A DNA stretch of 64,000 nucleotides, taken from assembly GCA_965221125.1 (NCBI GenBank), contig CBDCRW010000007.1, forward strand, positions 288,001 to 352,000. Reading direction: 5' to 3'. The stretch's first letter is position 1; each line of letters begins with the position of its first letter. This DNA is from Alphaproteobacteria bacterium (GTDB lineage: Bacteria; Pseudomonadota; Alphaproteobacteria; UBA828). Both the position numbers and the translations under genes were made by a program. The notes beneath the pieces are model-generated. The model saw only the letters and a program-made list of their open reading frames with translations, was not told the DNA's origin and ran no database searches. Shown here piece by piece: positions 9,425 to 18,844 of this stretch.

Positions 9425-9683
9425 GGCGGCACGATAGCCCGAATATCTCTAAAGCACCACAGGAGCTCTTAGAGAGGAATGTGCGCTGTGGCGTTTTTCG
9501 ACAGCGCACCGCTGATCTTTGGCGGTCGGATATCGACTGCCTGATCCCAGCCGGGCGAGCAGAATGCAGCGATTCGACGTGAGATTGGAACGCTACGGGA
9601 ACATGGCGGCACGGGTGGCCGCGGCTTGCCCTCCGCTGGCAGGCGGCCGGGTTGAGCGGCGATGTCGGAGATCGGACAAGGCG

Positions 9684-10930
9684 TCAGCCGGTGTCGAGGT
9701 ACGGCACCGCACCGACCAGCGAGCGCATCCGCTCCGCGTGCCCGGCACGCACCTGCCCGAGGGCCAGCGCCATCATCACCGCCAGCGCCAGCCCGACGCG
9801 GGTCTTCATCTTGGCGCCCGCGGATGTAGTGGGTCTCGAAGTTGAAGCTATTGTCGAGGCGGCCGTTGATTCTCTCTAATCGCAGAGCGTCGGTTGTAGC
9901 CACGCCGCCAGGACGGGCTGCCCCACGGTGTCGGGGTGAAGATGCGCCGGTCGTGCTTGTCGAGGTCGATGCGCACGATGCGGCCGTACTCGCCAGGCTC
10001 CACGCCGCCCGCCCGGTGGCACGCCTCGCTGCCCGCGCAGTCGAAGCCGAAGGCTGCCGCCGGGCAGCGGTACTTGATGGTGCCGCAGACGCCGCGGTCG
10101 GCCTCGAAGCTCTGATAGGCCATGGCGCGGACCTCGCCGGTCTGGGGGCGGACGCAGGACACGCGGCCGCGCTCGTCGTGAACGACGACGTCGGCACGAT
10201 CGGGGAACAGCGCCCGCGTGATCGGCTTCGTCGGGTCATAGTCGGGCTCCTCCTTCTCGGCCTTCCACATCAAGCGCGTGTCGATCAGCGGTCGGATGGT
10301 CCATTTGTCCCAGAGCAGCTTCTTCTATGGGGCGTTGTCGAGACCGCGGTCGGCGCTAAAGTCGTCGCAGCGCTCGACCATCTCCGGCGCTTTCGCGAAC
10401 AGGGTCTCCAGCATCTTGGGCAGCATCTTGATCTCCGAGTGCGACGCCCGCGTCACCTCGAAGGCCACCGGGATCTCGTAGTGGGTGTCGGCGATCAGGT
10501 GAAGGCCGTAGCCGAACCATGACTTCACCTTCTTCCAGATCTTGCCGGTCCTGGCGTCCACCCCGCTCGTCTCGTGCTTGCCCCAGTCGGCGTCGGGGTC
10601 CGAGGTCTTCCCCTTGTCCTCGGCAACCCGGCCCGTCGAGTGGCTCTCGATCGCCTTGCCGTCGTAGCCGAGATGGCGGCCGAAGTCCGGCACTTCCTCG
10701 AAGAGCGATGCGCGCAGGCTTTCGAGCATTGCGGACACCAGGCCGCGCTCCTTCTCAAGCAGCACGACGCGCCCCAGGAAGCGCGAGAAGTTCCAGTGGC
10801 TGGGCACTGTCGAGCGCACCTGCGCTGGATGCGTCACGACGCTTGTCCCCTCGGTTTGCTCCCGCAGTTCCGTCACGGGTGCGCTCTGGAAAGGCAGAGG
10901 GTCGAACCCGCAAGTCTCAGTGCCCACGCG
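9684..10930 (-). pseudogene. DDE transposase (IS1182/IS5-like) with premature stop and frameshifts
   Basis: PSHWNFSRF, YDGKAI, DPDADWG, WFGYGLHLIADT.YEIP, ADRGLD, then TAG at 10325-10327. Further frameshifted pieces end with ERINGRLDNSFNFE and MKTRVGLALAVMMA. Confidence 0.8.
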
Positions 10931-11100
10931 CGTGCGTTGACCGGCCGCTTCAGTCCGCGGTAAAGTGAGGAACGCCACCCGATGGTGGGAAGCGTTCCTA
11001 TCGCGAAGGTTTCCGGCCTTGCGACAGCCGATCAGGCCATTCTCATTGCGGCATGCCGTCCGGCTTGGCAACCCTTCGTCTGAGAGCAGGGAGCCCGGGC

Positions 11101-11289
11101 ATGACTGAGCAGTTGAAAGCAGGGGAGACGACTGAGGTTTCCGCAGAAGTTGCCGAGTTCCTCAACCACATTTCTGGCTTGGCGGACAAGATAGTTCCAG
11201 TTGGAATGTCGGCGGGATTGTGGATCAATGGCTGCTATTACGAGCGGGACACTGACGGCAATTGGCGGGCCACTCGCTGTTACGCCTGA
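11101..11289 (+). CDS. Small hypothetical peptide (62 aa)
   Basis: RBS AGGGAG upstream. Acidic N-terminal half and an aromatic, Cys-containing C-terminus (WINGCYYERDTDGNWRATRCYA). Confidence 0.4.
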   Translation: MTEQLKAGETTEVSAEVAEFLNHISGLADKIVPVGMSAGLWINGCYYERDTDGNWRATRCYA

Positions 11290-11598
11290 ACTCAGGACTA
11301 TCCCACGCTCCCCGATTTGGAATGATCGGACTGCGTTCGGTCGATTTTGGGTGTTGCGGCTCACGCTCGGCAGCGCAATGCGCGGACTCACGGCTCTGGG
11401 TTGGGTCGAGACGTCGGCTTGACCGCAAGGTGCTTCGGTTCCGACAGACCTGCGGTGAGGAGCCCACCGCGATTGAGGTAGCGGTGCGGATCGGATGGCG
11501 TGGTGGTGCTCAGGGAGAAAGGATCGCGGCGAAGGCGGCGTCCTTGCGCTGGAGCGCGAAGTGCCGGGTAGCGGAGGCGATGCAGTCGAAGATTTCCC

Positions 11599-11634
11599 CA
11601 TGATATCCGATAATCTCCCTTATCGGACGCCATG
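11599..11634. other. Candidate tyrosine-recombinase core site (dif/lox-like inverted arms, 6-bp spacer)
   Basis: CATGATATCCGATAA-TCTCCC-TTATCGGACGCCATG. The inner 8 bp are perfectly inverted and 12 of 15 arm positions match. Confidence 0.55.
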
Positions 11635-11647
11635 TGTGCGGTGTATA

Positions 11648-11694
11648 GGTCCCCATGGGCCGGTCCCCATGGGCCGGTCCGCCGGTCCCGGTCC
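11648..11694. repeat. Tandem palindromic 14-bp repeats plus degenerate GGTCC units
   Basis: GGTCCCCATGGGCC twice (11648-11675), followed by GGTCCGCCGGTCCCGGTCC. Confidence 0.8.
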
Positions 11695-11922
11695 TGGAAC
11701 AATCGCAATGGACACCTGGCCGTGCTGCGGCCTGAGCCAAGTCGACCTTGTGAGACTCGCGGCGAGCCGATGACCGCCGGCGCGCTTGCCGTCCGCCCGG
11801 AAGCGACGAATTCGGCCCCGCGCCGGCCCGTATCCCGGCCAGTTTCGGCGATAAGGCCGTTCCGGGCTATATGGGGGGGGATCCAAATCGGCCCGCGCGC
11901 GCTGACGGGGCTTACAAGGGCG

Positions 11923-12126
11923 CTAGTGGGCGTCCCTCGGATACAAAAGGGCTATGACGCCTACCAGTATCGGAATCACGGCGGCAGCGGTTGGCGCAAC
12001 CCCTATGTTGATTTTGCCGCTTCCATCGGGCCGCACGTCGATTTTGCACGCGGCTTCCTTCAAAGCAGCCTGGACCTTTGCACCATCCTCAAAGGTCAAA
12101 GTCGAACCATCAAGGTTGATCTGCAT
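11923..12126 (-). CDS. Small hypothetical protein with C-terminal TM helix
   Basis: Strong RBS AGGGAGGG and hydrophobic C-terminus. Confidence 0.55.
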   Translation of the reverse strand: MQINLDGSTLTFEDGAKVQAALKEAACKIDVRPDGSGKINIGVAPTAAAVIPILVGVIALLYPRDAH

Positions 12127-12242
12127 GTTTCCACCCTCCCTTGTGGTTCGGCCATGCTGTCATGGCGCGCCCGCTTGGTCGAGCGCGAGCGGCGCGACGG
12201 CGCCCCCGTGGCATTCTGTGGGCATCGGGCTATAGTGCGGAC

Positions 12243-12437
12243 ATGGGCGACAAGGACTATGCCGACCTCGCAGCGAAGGTGGCGGCCTTGTAGGAACGCA
12301 TGAACACCCGGCAAGCGGAGTACAAGACGGATATCGCGCACCTGGAGGCGGCGAACAGCAAGCGCCACGTCCAACTTATTGCCGTCGTTCTGGCCGCGCT
12401 TGCGCTCGCGGTTGGCCTTATCAAGTTCCTGCCCTAG
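12243..12437 (+). pseudogene. Short coiled-coil/TM protein with an in-frame TAG
   Basis: MGDKDYADLAAKVAAL*ERMNTRQAEYKTDIAHLE...LIAVVLAALALAVGLIKFLP. A single GAG>TAG change would explain the stop. Confidence 0.55.
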
Positions 12438-12584
12438 CCGGCGCCCATGGCCGCACCCTCAATCGAGCTCAAATCGGCGCCTGCATCGCCGGTGAAAGCC
12501 GCTCACACCGATGCAAGCTGGCGCTTGCGGTGAGCGGCGCGTATCCGCATCGCGCCGTCCTGTCCTCGTGGCGGGCGCTTGGTG

Positions 12585-13868
12585 CTAATGGGAGATAACA
12601 TCGACTCGTTCGCAGCCGCTAGAGAATTCCGGGGAAAACCCATCCGCGTGGTGGCAATGAAAGATGTAAGTGTGGAAGGGGTTGCGCGTCTCCCAACGTC
12701 CGTGCATTAAGCCATCTACATAAGGGCCTTTGAAGGTCAGGAAACCTCCGCTATGCCAGCGCACACTCCCCACCCAATACCCGTGTCTCACGCCATCCAC
12801 GTAATGGCCTTCTTGAGTTCCTTCCACCTTATCTTCGCCGGTGTGCCCTTGGTAACGAAGAACCCAAAGGCCCTGCATCTTGCCTTCAACGAGCTCCCCG
12901 GAATCGCTGACAAACGAGGTCTCCCAGTTATATTCCAACTTGCCCTTTCCGTGGGCTGTGTTGTGTTGACAACTCCCGGACCATGTGACTTGATCCTTGC
13001 GATGATCTGAAAACAAACGCGGAAAGAAAAACACGCAATCCTGGCGGTTAGCAATTTCCTTCCAACAACCGGAGTCGTCGGGCGCAAGTTCCTCCAGGTC
13101 GCTACATCGTGGAAAGTGAAGCACTACGTTCTGCTGACCGGATGGTTCCGGTGCACTTTCCCCGCGTGTTTGATCGCCTGCCGGCTCGTTTTGGTCTCCG
13201 GCCTCTCTACTGATTGCGCCGAGCGCCTCGCCTTGTTCCGCCGTGAGATAGCCCGTTGCCTCCAGCCCTTTCGCTTCCTGCCAATCCCATATGGCTGCCC
13301 GCGTCTTAGGGCCGAATAGACCGTCGGCAGGGCCGGTGTCGAAGCCGAGCGCGGCAAGGCCCTGTTGCACCTGTACGCGCTGCTCGCGGGTGAGCGACTC
13401 GTCCGGTGTCCGCACGGCTTCCGCCGGCACTTCCGCCTTCGCGAGAATGGGTTTGCTGCCGGACCACGTGTCAGCATTTTCCATGGTGACGCATGTAGAG
13501 GCCACCACGGCGCATCCCGATCCTCCGTGGTCCTCGCACTCTCGCACGGCCCGCGCCGCCGCCGCTTCCGGCGTCATCCCGCCATTTGCTCCAAAGATGC
13601 CGTACTGATCTATTGCGAGAGCGCCGCAACCGTTCCGGACCCAACTAACCTCAACGCAGTCCGTGCCCCCGGCGGCACGGCAAGCGTTCAGCGCAGCCAC
13701 TTTCGCGTCGTCTTTGTCATAGTTGAACGCAAAGCCATATGCGATCGACTCGCCGTAAGCCGTGTTGCCGGCGGCGATGGAGCCAAACTCATTCTGTGCC
13801 GCTGCCGGACCGGCTGCCATCGCCAGGCCGCCGACCGCAACCGCAATAGCAGCGATCATCGTCTTCAT
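12585..13868 (-). CDS. Secreted DUF4189 + peptidoglycan-binding protein with MORN-like beta-repeat C-terminus
   Basis: Signal peptide MKTMIAAIAVAVGGLAMAAGPAAA. N-terminal half is paralogous to 3973-5628. C-terminus has WSGSC...HGKG and repeated G.YVDG..HG.W motifs. Confidence 0.8.
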   Translation of the reverse strand: MKTMIAAIAVAVGGLAMAAGPAAAQNEFGSIAAGNTAYGESIAYGFAFNYDKDDAKVAALNACRAAGGTDCVEVSWVRNGCGALAIDQYGIFGANGGMTPEAAAARAVRECEDHGGSGCAVVASTCVTMENADTWSGSKPILAKAEVPAEAVRTPDESLTREQRVQVQQGLAALGFDTGPADGLFGPKTRAAIWDWQEAKGLEATGYLTAEQGEALGAISREAGDQNEPAGDQTRGESAPEPSGQQNVVLHFPRCSDLEELAPDDSGCWKEIANRQDCVFFFPRLFSDHRKDQVTWSGSCQHNTAHGKGKLEYNWETSFVSDSGELVEGKMQGLWVLRYQGHTGEDKVEGTQEGHYVDGVRHGYWVGSVRWHSGGFLTFKGPYVDGLMHGRWETRNPFHTYIFHCHHADGFSPEFSSGCERVDVISH

Positions 13869-13982
13869 GTCTGATCCTTCCCGTTGCCCGTGGCGATGCT
13901 CGCACCCCGACAGACAGGCCGTCAATGTGGCACACTCCCGGATCACGGCCCGCCGGGGCGGGCTTGCAAGGGGGGAACGGAC

Positions 13983-14160
13983 ATGAGGGCATTGATTGCG
14001 GCGCTCGCGCTCGGCGGGCTAGCGATGGTGACCGTAGCAGGTGACGCCTTGGCGCACGACTGCACGACTGTTTCAGTTGGCACAAGGATATGAAGTATGG
14101 AAAGAATGCGACCCGTTTTGTGACGTGGACGCAGGATCAAAATGCAGAGATTTGGGCTAA
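13983..14160 (+). pseudogene. Small Cys-containing exported peptide, probably frameshifted
   Basis: RBS GGGGG and signal peptide MRALIAALALGGLAMVTVAGDALA, stop at 14093. An alternative frame continues YEVWKECDPFCDVDAGSKCRDLG* to 14160. Confidence 0.4.
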
Positions 14161-14231
14161 GTGCCATTGCTCCGGCCAAGCGAATTGTGAGTGGAAAGAG
14201 TTCAAGCGGTGATAACCGGCCGCGACTCCCC

Positions 14232-15164
14232 CTAGAGATACCGTAGCGCCTCGCCGGCAGCCTCATTCCGCGTGTAGCGCGCGACCATCCGGGTCGTAGA
14301 CCATCGGCCCTGCCGCATGACGGCCGCAGCCGGAGCGCCGTTCCGCGTCATGCGTTGCGCTATGCCGACGCGGCCGGAATGCCCGGTGAAGCCGTCGCCG
14401 AGGCCGGCCGCCTTCGCAGCCGCGGCGATCCGGCGCGCAATCTGTCTGTCGCCGAGGCCGAAAACGCGATCCGGGCTGCCCCATCCGCCGCGTGTCGCGA
14501 GCCGGTCTAGATCGGCCATCGCCTCGCGCGTGAGCGCGACAACCGCACCCTCGCCAGCCTGATCCGTCTTTGACCGGGCGATGGTGGCGCGCCCGGACCC
14601 GTCCGCTTGCGGCTCGATATCGGCCCATGCGAGCGCTGCGGCTTCCGAGCGCCGCAAGCCCGCGTCTGCCACAACCGAGACAATCGCCATGGTGAGCACG
14701 TCGGCTGGCGTATCGGCCTCGCCATTGAGGCTGCCCCGGATCGCGGCGACGGCTTCGGCCGTGAGCGCTGCGGCCTGGCGCGGCCCGGCGCCGGCCTCGG
14801 CGGCCTGGCGCGCGAATCCCTGCATGGCGGTTTTCACGACGCGATCCGCGCACGGGTTGGCGTGATCGGCCAGGCGGTGCGCTTCGCCGATAGCGGCGAC
14901 GGCCATGCGGAGCGTCGCCATGCCGGCGCCGGCCTCGGCGCGGCTCGCGAGATACGCGGCGACGGCCCCGGCTTCGGCCGGGAGCTCGGCAGTGCCATGG
15001 GTTTCGGCCCAGGCGACCCAGGCCCGCCATGCGGAGCGGTAGGCGCGTCGCGTCGCGGGCGCCTTCGAGGCCGCGAGGGCGCTTTCGAGGCGCGCGCGTG
15101 TGGCCCCGTCGATTGCGGCGGGAGCGCCGGGCAAACTGCCCGTGTAAACGGCGAGTTTCGACAT
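14232..15164 (-). CDS. Cre/TnpS-like tyrosine recombinase
   Basis: ATRRAYRSAW, GLRRSE (R), RSKTDQ (K), GHSGRVG (H-x-x-R), GRW (W) and ARY (Y). RBS GGAGG. Confidence 0.88.
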   Translation of the reverse strand: MSKLAVYTGSLPGAPAAIDGATRARLESALAASKAPATRRAYRSAWRAWVAWAETHGTAELPAEAGAVAAYLASRAEAGAGMATLRMAVAAIGEAHRLADHANPCADRVVKTAMQGFARQAAEAGAGPRQAAALTAEAVAAIRGSLNGEADTPADVLTMAIVSVVADAGLRRSEAAALAWADIEPQADGSGRATIARSKTDQAGEGAVVALTREAMADLDRLATRGGWGSPDRVFGLGDRQIARRIAAAAKAAGLGDGFTGHSGRVGIAQRMTRNGAPAAAVMRQGRWSTTRMVARYTRNEAAGEALRYL

Positions 15165-15167
15165 GGC

Positions 15168-15685
15168 CTATCCTCCGAAAGTAAGCGCGCCGGGGCAGCC
15201 GGCATCCGGGCAACGCGCGGGGCCGCTGGCCGTCGCGCGGGCGATCCATGCCCGCGCCATGCGCAGCGTGAGGCCGCACGTGCCGCATTCGCCCTTCACC
15301 ATCCGGGGCGATTGCTTTGGGCGATCCGCCGGCCGAGCGGCAAGCGCGACGTGGCCCGCCGGGAACGGCCCGAGCGTATCGACGATGATGTGAAGGTGCG
15401 CTGGCACGTCCGCGAGCGGACAATTGCGGCGCGCCTTGCTCGGCTTGCCTATCAGCCCGATGGCGCGGGCCGCTTGCGAAAAGTCCCGGCGATGGCCCCG
15501 AATGCCTGCGGCGTGAACGAGCTCATGCGCGACGGTGCCGACGATCCGCCAGGGTTCATCGGCCCGGTGCCGGAACGAAACAGTCACTTCCGCGAGGCCG
15601 TCCGAAACGGCCGCCCGCTGGTAGGCGACTCCGGCGATCCGCGCGTCGCAGTACGCCGCTCCGATCCGCAGGGGCGGCCATCGTC
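15168..15685 (-). pseudogene. SprT-like zinc metalloprotease with C-terminal Zn ribbon, 5'-truncated
   Basis: HELVH...GH...F motif and KQSPRMVKGECGTCG...RCPDAGC. The N-terminus is replaced by an IS110 fragment. Confidence 0.7.
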
Positions 15686-16190
15686 ATGCCCGGCGGCACG
15701 AAGATCACCTCGAAGCCCGTGCGCTCCAGCGTCTCGTAGACCGGTATCCGGTAGACCGAGTTCAACTCCATCGCCACCTTCGTCACGCCGCACGACGCCA
15801 GCCACGCCACCATCTCCTCCAGATCGCGGGTGAAGGCGCCGAACGAGCGCACCGGTTTCTCGGTCCGCTCCGGATCGACCGCCACGAAGTGCCGGTCCTT
15901 GCCAGTGTCGATCCCGGCGCAGCTGCGGTTGACCACCTTCAGGCCCTGGGCACGTCTCTTCTTGCGTGCCATGCAACGTCCTCCCAGACTTCATTGCCAT
16001 CGCCAGTGGGGAGGAATCATCCTCGAAGTCCCATTCTCTTGAACAAGGTCGCGGGAAACCCGCGCCATCAGTGATCGGAGCCCACGCAATGATTCACACC
16101 AAGCTCTTGACATCAACCACCCCATTACGGACATGTGCGCACTTTAGGAAATTAATCTCGGCAAAGATCGATCAAGCTCCAATTGCCGGT
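15686..16190 (-). mobile_element. IS110-family remnant: non-coding left end plus transposase N-terminus (ATG at 15972)
   Basis: CAGIDTGKDRHFVAV...VTKVAMEL.SVY.IPVYE.LE..GFEV is a degenerate DEDD RuvC-like N-terminal domain, truncated after about 97 codons. Confidence 0.8.
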
Positions 16191-16242
16191 GTCACTCTTT
16201 TCCTACATACCCTAAACGGTTCGACTTAGCAGGAGTCAAGAC

Positions 16243-16842
16243 ATGCCGGAGGACAACAAGTCGCGCAGATCGCATCTCGTCGATATAGCGAAAATGCCAC
16301 ATCCACATTGGGCATCATGGTGCGCTCTCCTGGTATCTGTTGTTACCGCCTTTGTTCTGATTTGGCAGGGATGGGAAACAAGGTCGTTTTACCGAAAAAG
16401 CTTAGTACCGCTCGTCAATCCCTTTATTACCGATAGCACGCTTAAGGAGGAATTGGGAATTTTCCTGCAAAACAACGGCGGTGGTCCGGGATTTGTCACC
16501 ATTAATGAAACCCTTCTAGATAACGAGGCTATTAGCTTGAAGGAGGTGATTGACCAGATGCAAAGTGATGGAGTCATCGAACAGACGAGTAAGAATAAGG
16601 CTGTTCGCAGAGCAAAGAACGAAACATTCGCGATGCACGCTGGTAGAGTCGTTCCTCTGATGGTGTTTCCGACTTCAATCGTAAAAGTCGATAGTTACGA
16701 CGACGCAGTAAAATTTCAATCTCTCATTCATAAAAGAATAAATATCAAATTTACTGTGTGTTCAGTGTATGGAGAATGCGTGCAGTTATGTACTGCTCAA
16801 AACTGTAAAGATGCCCAACAGTTGGGGAGCGCCTCCAGATAG
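16243..16842 (+). CDS. Low-GC hypothetical protein with N-terminal TM helix
   Basis: RBS AGGAG, 199-aa ORF, TM helix then L.NNGGGPG motif. Confidence 0.7.
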   Translation: MPEDNKSRRSHLVDIAKMPHPHWASWCALLVSVVTAFVLIWQGWETRSFYRKSLVPLVNPFITDSTLKEELGIFLQNNGGGPGFVTINETLLDNEAISLKEVIDQMQSDGVIEQTSKNKAVRRAKNETFAMHAGRVVPLMVFPTSIVKVDSYDDAVKFQSLIHKRINIKFTVCSVYGECVQLCTAQNCKDAQQLGSASR

Positions 16843-16880
16843 AGAGCGATCAATGTCTTTCTGTAATCGCGTTCGTCAGT

Positions 16881-17148
16881 TAGTGTTCTGTTCTCGTAAT
16901 TCATACGATTGTGCGGGTTCTTCGACTCGGGCACTGTGAAGCGGTGGTCCGTTGAGATCAAACTGAGTGGGGGCGAGCGTAGCGAGTTGGAACGCCTAGC
17001 GCGGGACTGGAAGGTTTGGCGGGTGCTGTCGGATCGGGCGCACATCGTGTTACTGGAAGACCGAGGGGGTGAGCAACGTTCAGATTGCCAACACGCTCGG
17101 CATCAACAATCTCACGGGGAGTATCCCGTTGACTCAGTAAGGCGGTGA
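16881..17148 (+). pseudogene. IS630-family left end and degenerate HTH of transposase
   Basis: TA-GTGTTCTGT end-like sequence, followed by IKLSGGERSELERLAR...RAHIVLL and frameshifted GVSNVQIANTLGI. Confidence 0.6.
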
Positions 17149-17240
17149 TTTTACCCTCTTTAGGCAGTAGCGTGACCGGGAGCGGTGCGACGAAGTCCGA
17201 ACTGGATGGTTGCACATCCTGACGACGAGGGAGAAACACT

Positions 17241-17651
17241 ATGAGCAGGCTCGTCAGTGCTATCGCCATCGTTCCTGTTATTGTGGGATTTTGTTTGGCA
17301 AGTGGAACCCACGGTCAAGAGTTTGATTTACCTACCCCATATGACCAACCGCCGAGCACTGCAGTGCCGTGGATTTTCGAGCCACCGTATTCATTCCCAG
17401 GATTCCCCTCAGACCTGACAGATGAACAACTGGCGATTTTGGAGGGTTGGGGATTCAATTGGGGTGATTTTGGTCAGGGGATTTACGAGGGGTTCAAGAA
17501 CTGTTTTTCTCCCACTCATACCTGCGAGTTCGAAGGGGTGCATTCATCTGGTGGTGCGGTGAGCGTTCAGTATGGAACACGGAAGATCTGTGACTGCAGT
17601 GTAGGATTGACCTGCGAATGGGCCACCGAGGTGAGCACAGATGACGAATAA
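17241..17651 (+). CDS. Exported hypothetical protein, Cys-containing C-terminus
   Basis: RBS GAGGGAG, signal-peptide-like N-terminus, 136-aa ORF. Confidence 0.65.
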   Translation: MSRLVSAIAIVPVIVGFCLASGTHGQEFDLPTPYDQPPSTAVPWIFEPPYSFPGFPSDLTDEQLAILEGWGFNWGDFGQGIYEGFKNCFSPTHTCEFEGVHSSGGAVSVQYGTRKICDCSVGLTCEWATEVSTDDE

Positions 17652-17668
17652 AGAGCTGGAGGCCGAAG

Positions 17669-18841
17669 TTAAGAGCACGTGGAGTCAGTTGGCAAAGCTG
17701 ATCGCACAGCCAACTCCCGCGCGATGGAGGTGCCGATGCGCTCCGCCGCGGCCTCGGTCTCGCGGTCGCCGACGTGGGCATAGCGCAGCGTCATGCTAGG
17801 ACACTTGTGGCCAAGCAGGCGCGAGACCACCGGCAACGGAACGCCCTGCAGAACGGCATGGCTGGCGACCGTATGCCGAAGGTCATGAAGACGCACGTCC
17901 TCGATCCCGGCCTCCCTGCGCACCGCGTACCAGAGCGGCAGATCGGAGCACAGCGGCCGCCCCAGATCGAGCGGCGAGGGAAAGACCCAGGGGCTGTTAG
18001 ACCGCGGCTGCCGCTCAAGGATGGCGCGGGCCGGCGCATTCAGCAGCACCTGTCTCGGCCCGGTCTTGGCGTCGACGAGGTTGACGGTGTCCCCGTCCAC
18101 GTCCTGTCGGCGCATGGTCACGATCTCGCTCTTGCGGCAGCCGGTCAGCAGCAGCAGGCGGATGATGTCCGCCTGTTGCGCGCGCGAGGCCCGGTCTCCG
18201 GCATGGCGGTCCAGCGCGCGGTGAAGGCGGCCGATCTCTTCGCAAGACAGGAAGCGGGTGAGCTTGGGTCGGGGGTTTCGCTTGATGCCGTGCGTGGGGT
18301 TGGTATCGAGGTAGCCGCAGTCGATCGCATGGTTCAGGATCTGGCGGAGCACGTTCAACGCACGATTGGCCCCGCCGGGCGCGGTCCTGCTGTACTCGTC
18401 GAACCAGCGGGTCACGGCGATCCGGCCGATCCGGTCCAGCGGCATCGGGCCGAAGGCCGGAAGCAGGAGCCCGTTCAGGACCAGGCGTACACCCTTTTGC
18501 GTCGACGGCTTGCATGTGTCGAACCGCGCCTGCGCCGGACCGGCGACGAAGTCTGCGAAGGTCGGGACCGGTCCGCGTTCCGGCCTTCCGCCGGGTGGCG
18601 CGGTTTCGATTTCGAGGCACCGCGCACGCGCTTCCCCGACGCCCATGAGTGCGGCAGGTCCGAGAGTGATCCTGCGCGCGCCGCCCTCGCCCTTTCGGCA
18701 ATACACGAAGCTGCGGTGTCCCGACGGGCGGACGCGGACGCCGAGGCCCGCAAGGCGCGTGTCCCGAACCGTATACTCGCGCGCCGCCGGCTTCAGCCGG
18801 GCGACATTGGCGTCGGTCAGTCGCTGCCTCTTCGCGGCCAT
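17669..18841 (-). CDS. Tyrosine integrase with N-terminal arm-binding domain (second of tandem pair)
   Basis: D..LAGLGVRV.PSG.RSF arm-binding motif, TGCRKSE, DAKTG, HDLRH, LGH, LRY. Confidence 0.93.
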   Translation of the reverse strand: MAAKRQRLTDANVARLKPAAREYTVRDTRLAGLGVRVRPSGHRSFVYCRKGEGGARRITLGPAALMGVGEARARCLEIETAPPGGRPERGPVPTFADFVAGPAQARFDTCKPSTQKGVRLVLNGLLLPAFGPMPLDRIGRIAVTRWFDEYSRTAPGGANRALNVLRQILNHAIDCGYLDTNPTHGIKRNPRPKLTRFLSCEEIGRLHRALDRHAGDRASRAQQADIIRLLLLTGCRKSEIVTMRRQDVDGDTVNLVDAKTGPRQVLLNAPARAILERQPRSNSPWVFPSPLDLGRPLCSDLPLWYAVRREAGIEDVRLHDLRHTVASHAVLQGVPLPVVSRLLGHKCPSMTLRYAHVGDRETEAAAERIGTSIARELAVRSALPTDSTCS

Positions 18842-18844
18842 GGC

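Noticed and set aside
11648-11694. CRISPR-like repeat
   Set aside because: Only two adjacent 14-bp units with no spacers and no cas genes.
3700-17660. Integron cassette array explaining the many small low-GC genes
   Set aside because: Genes are in mixed orientations, no repeated attC-like sites were seen, and the integrases are not IntI-like.
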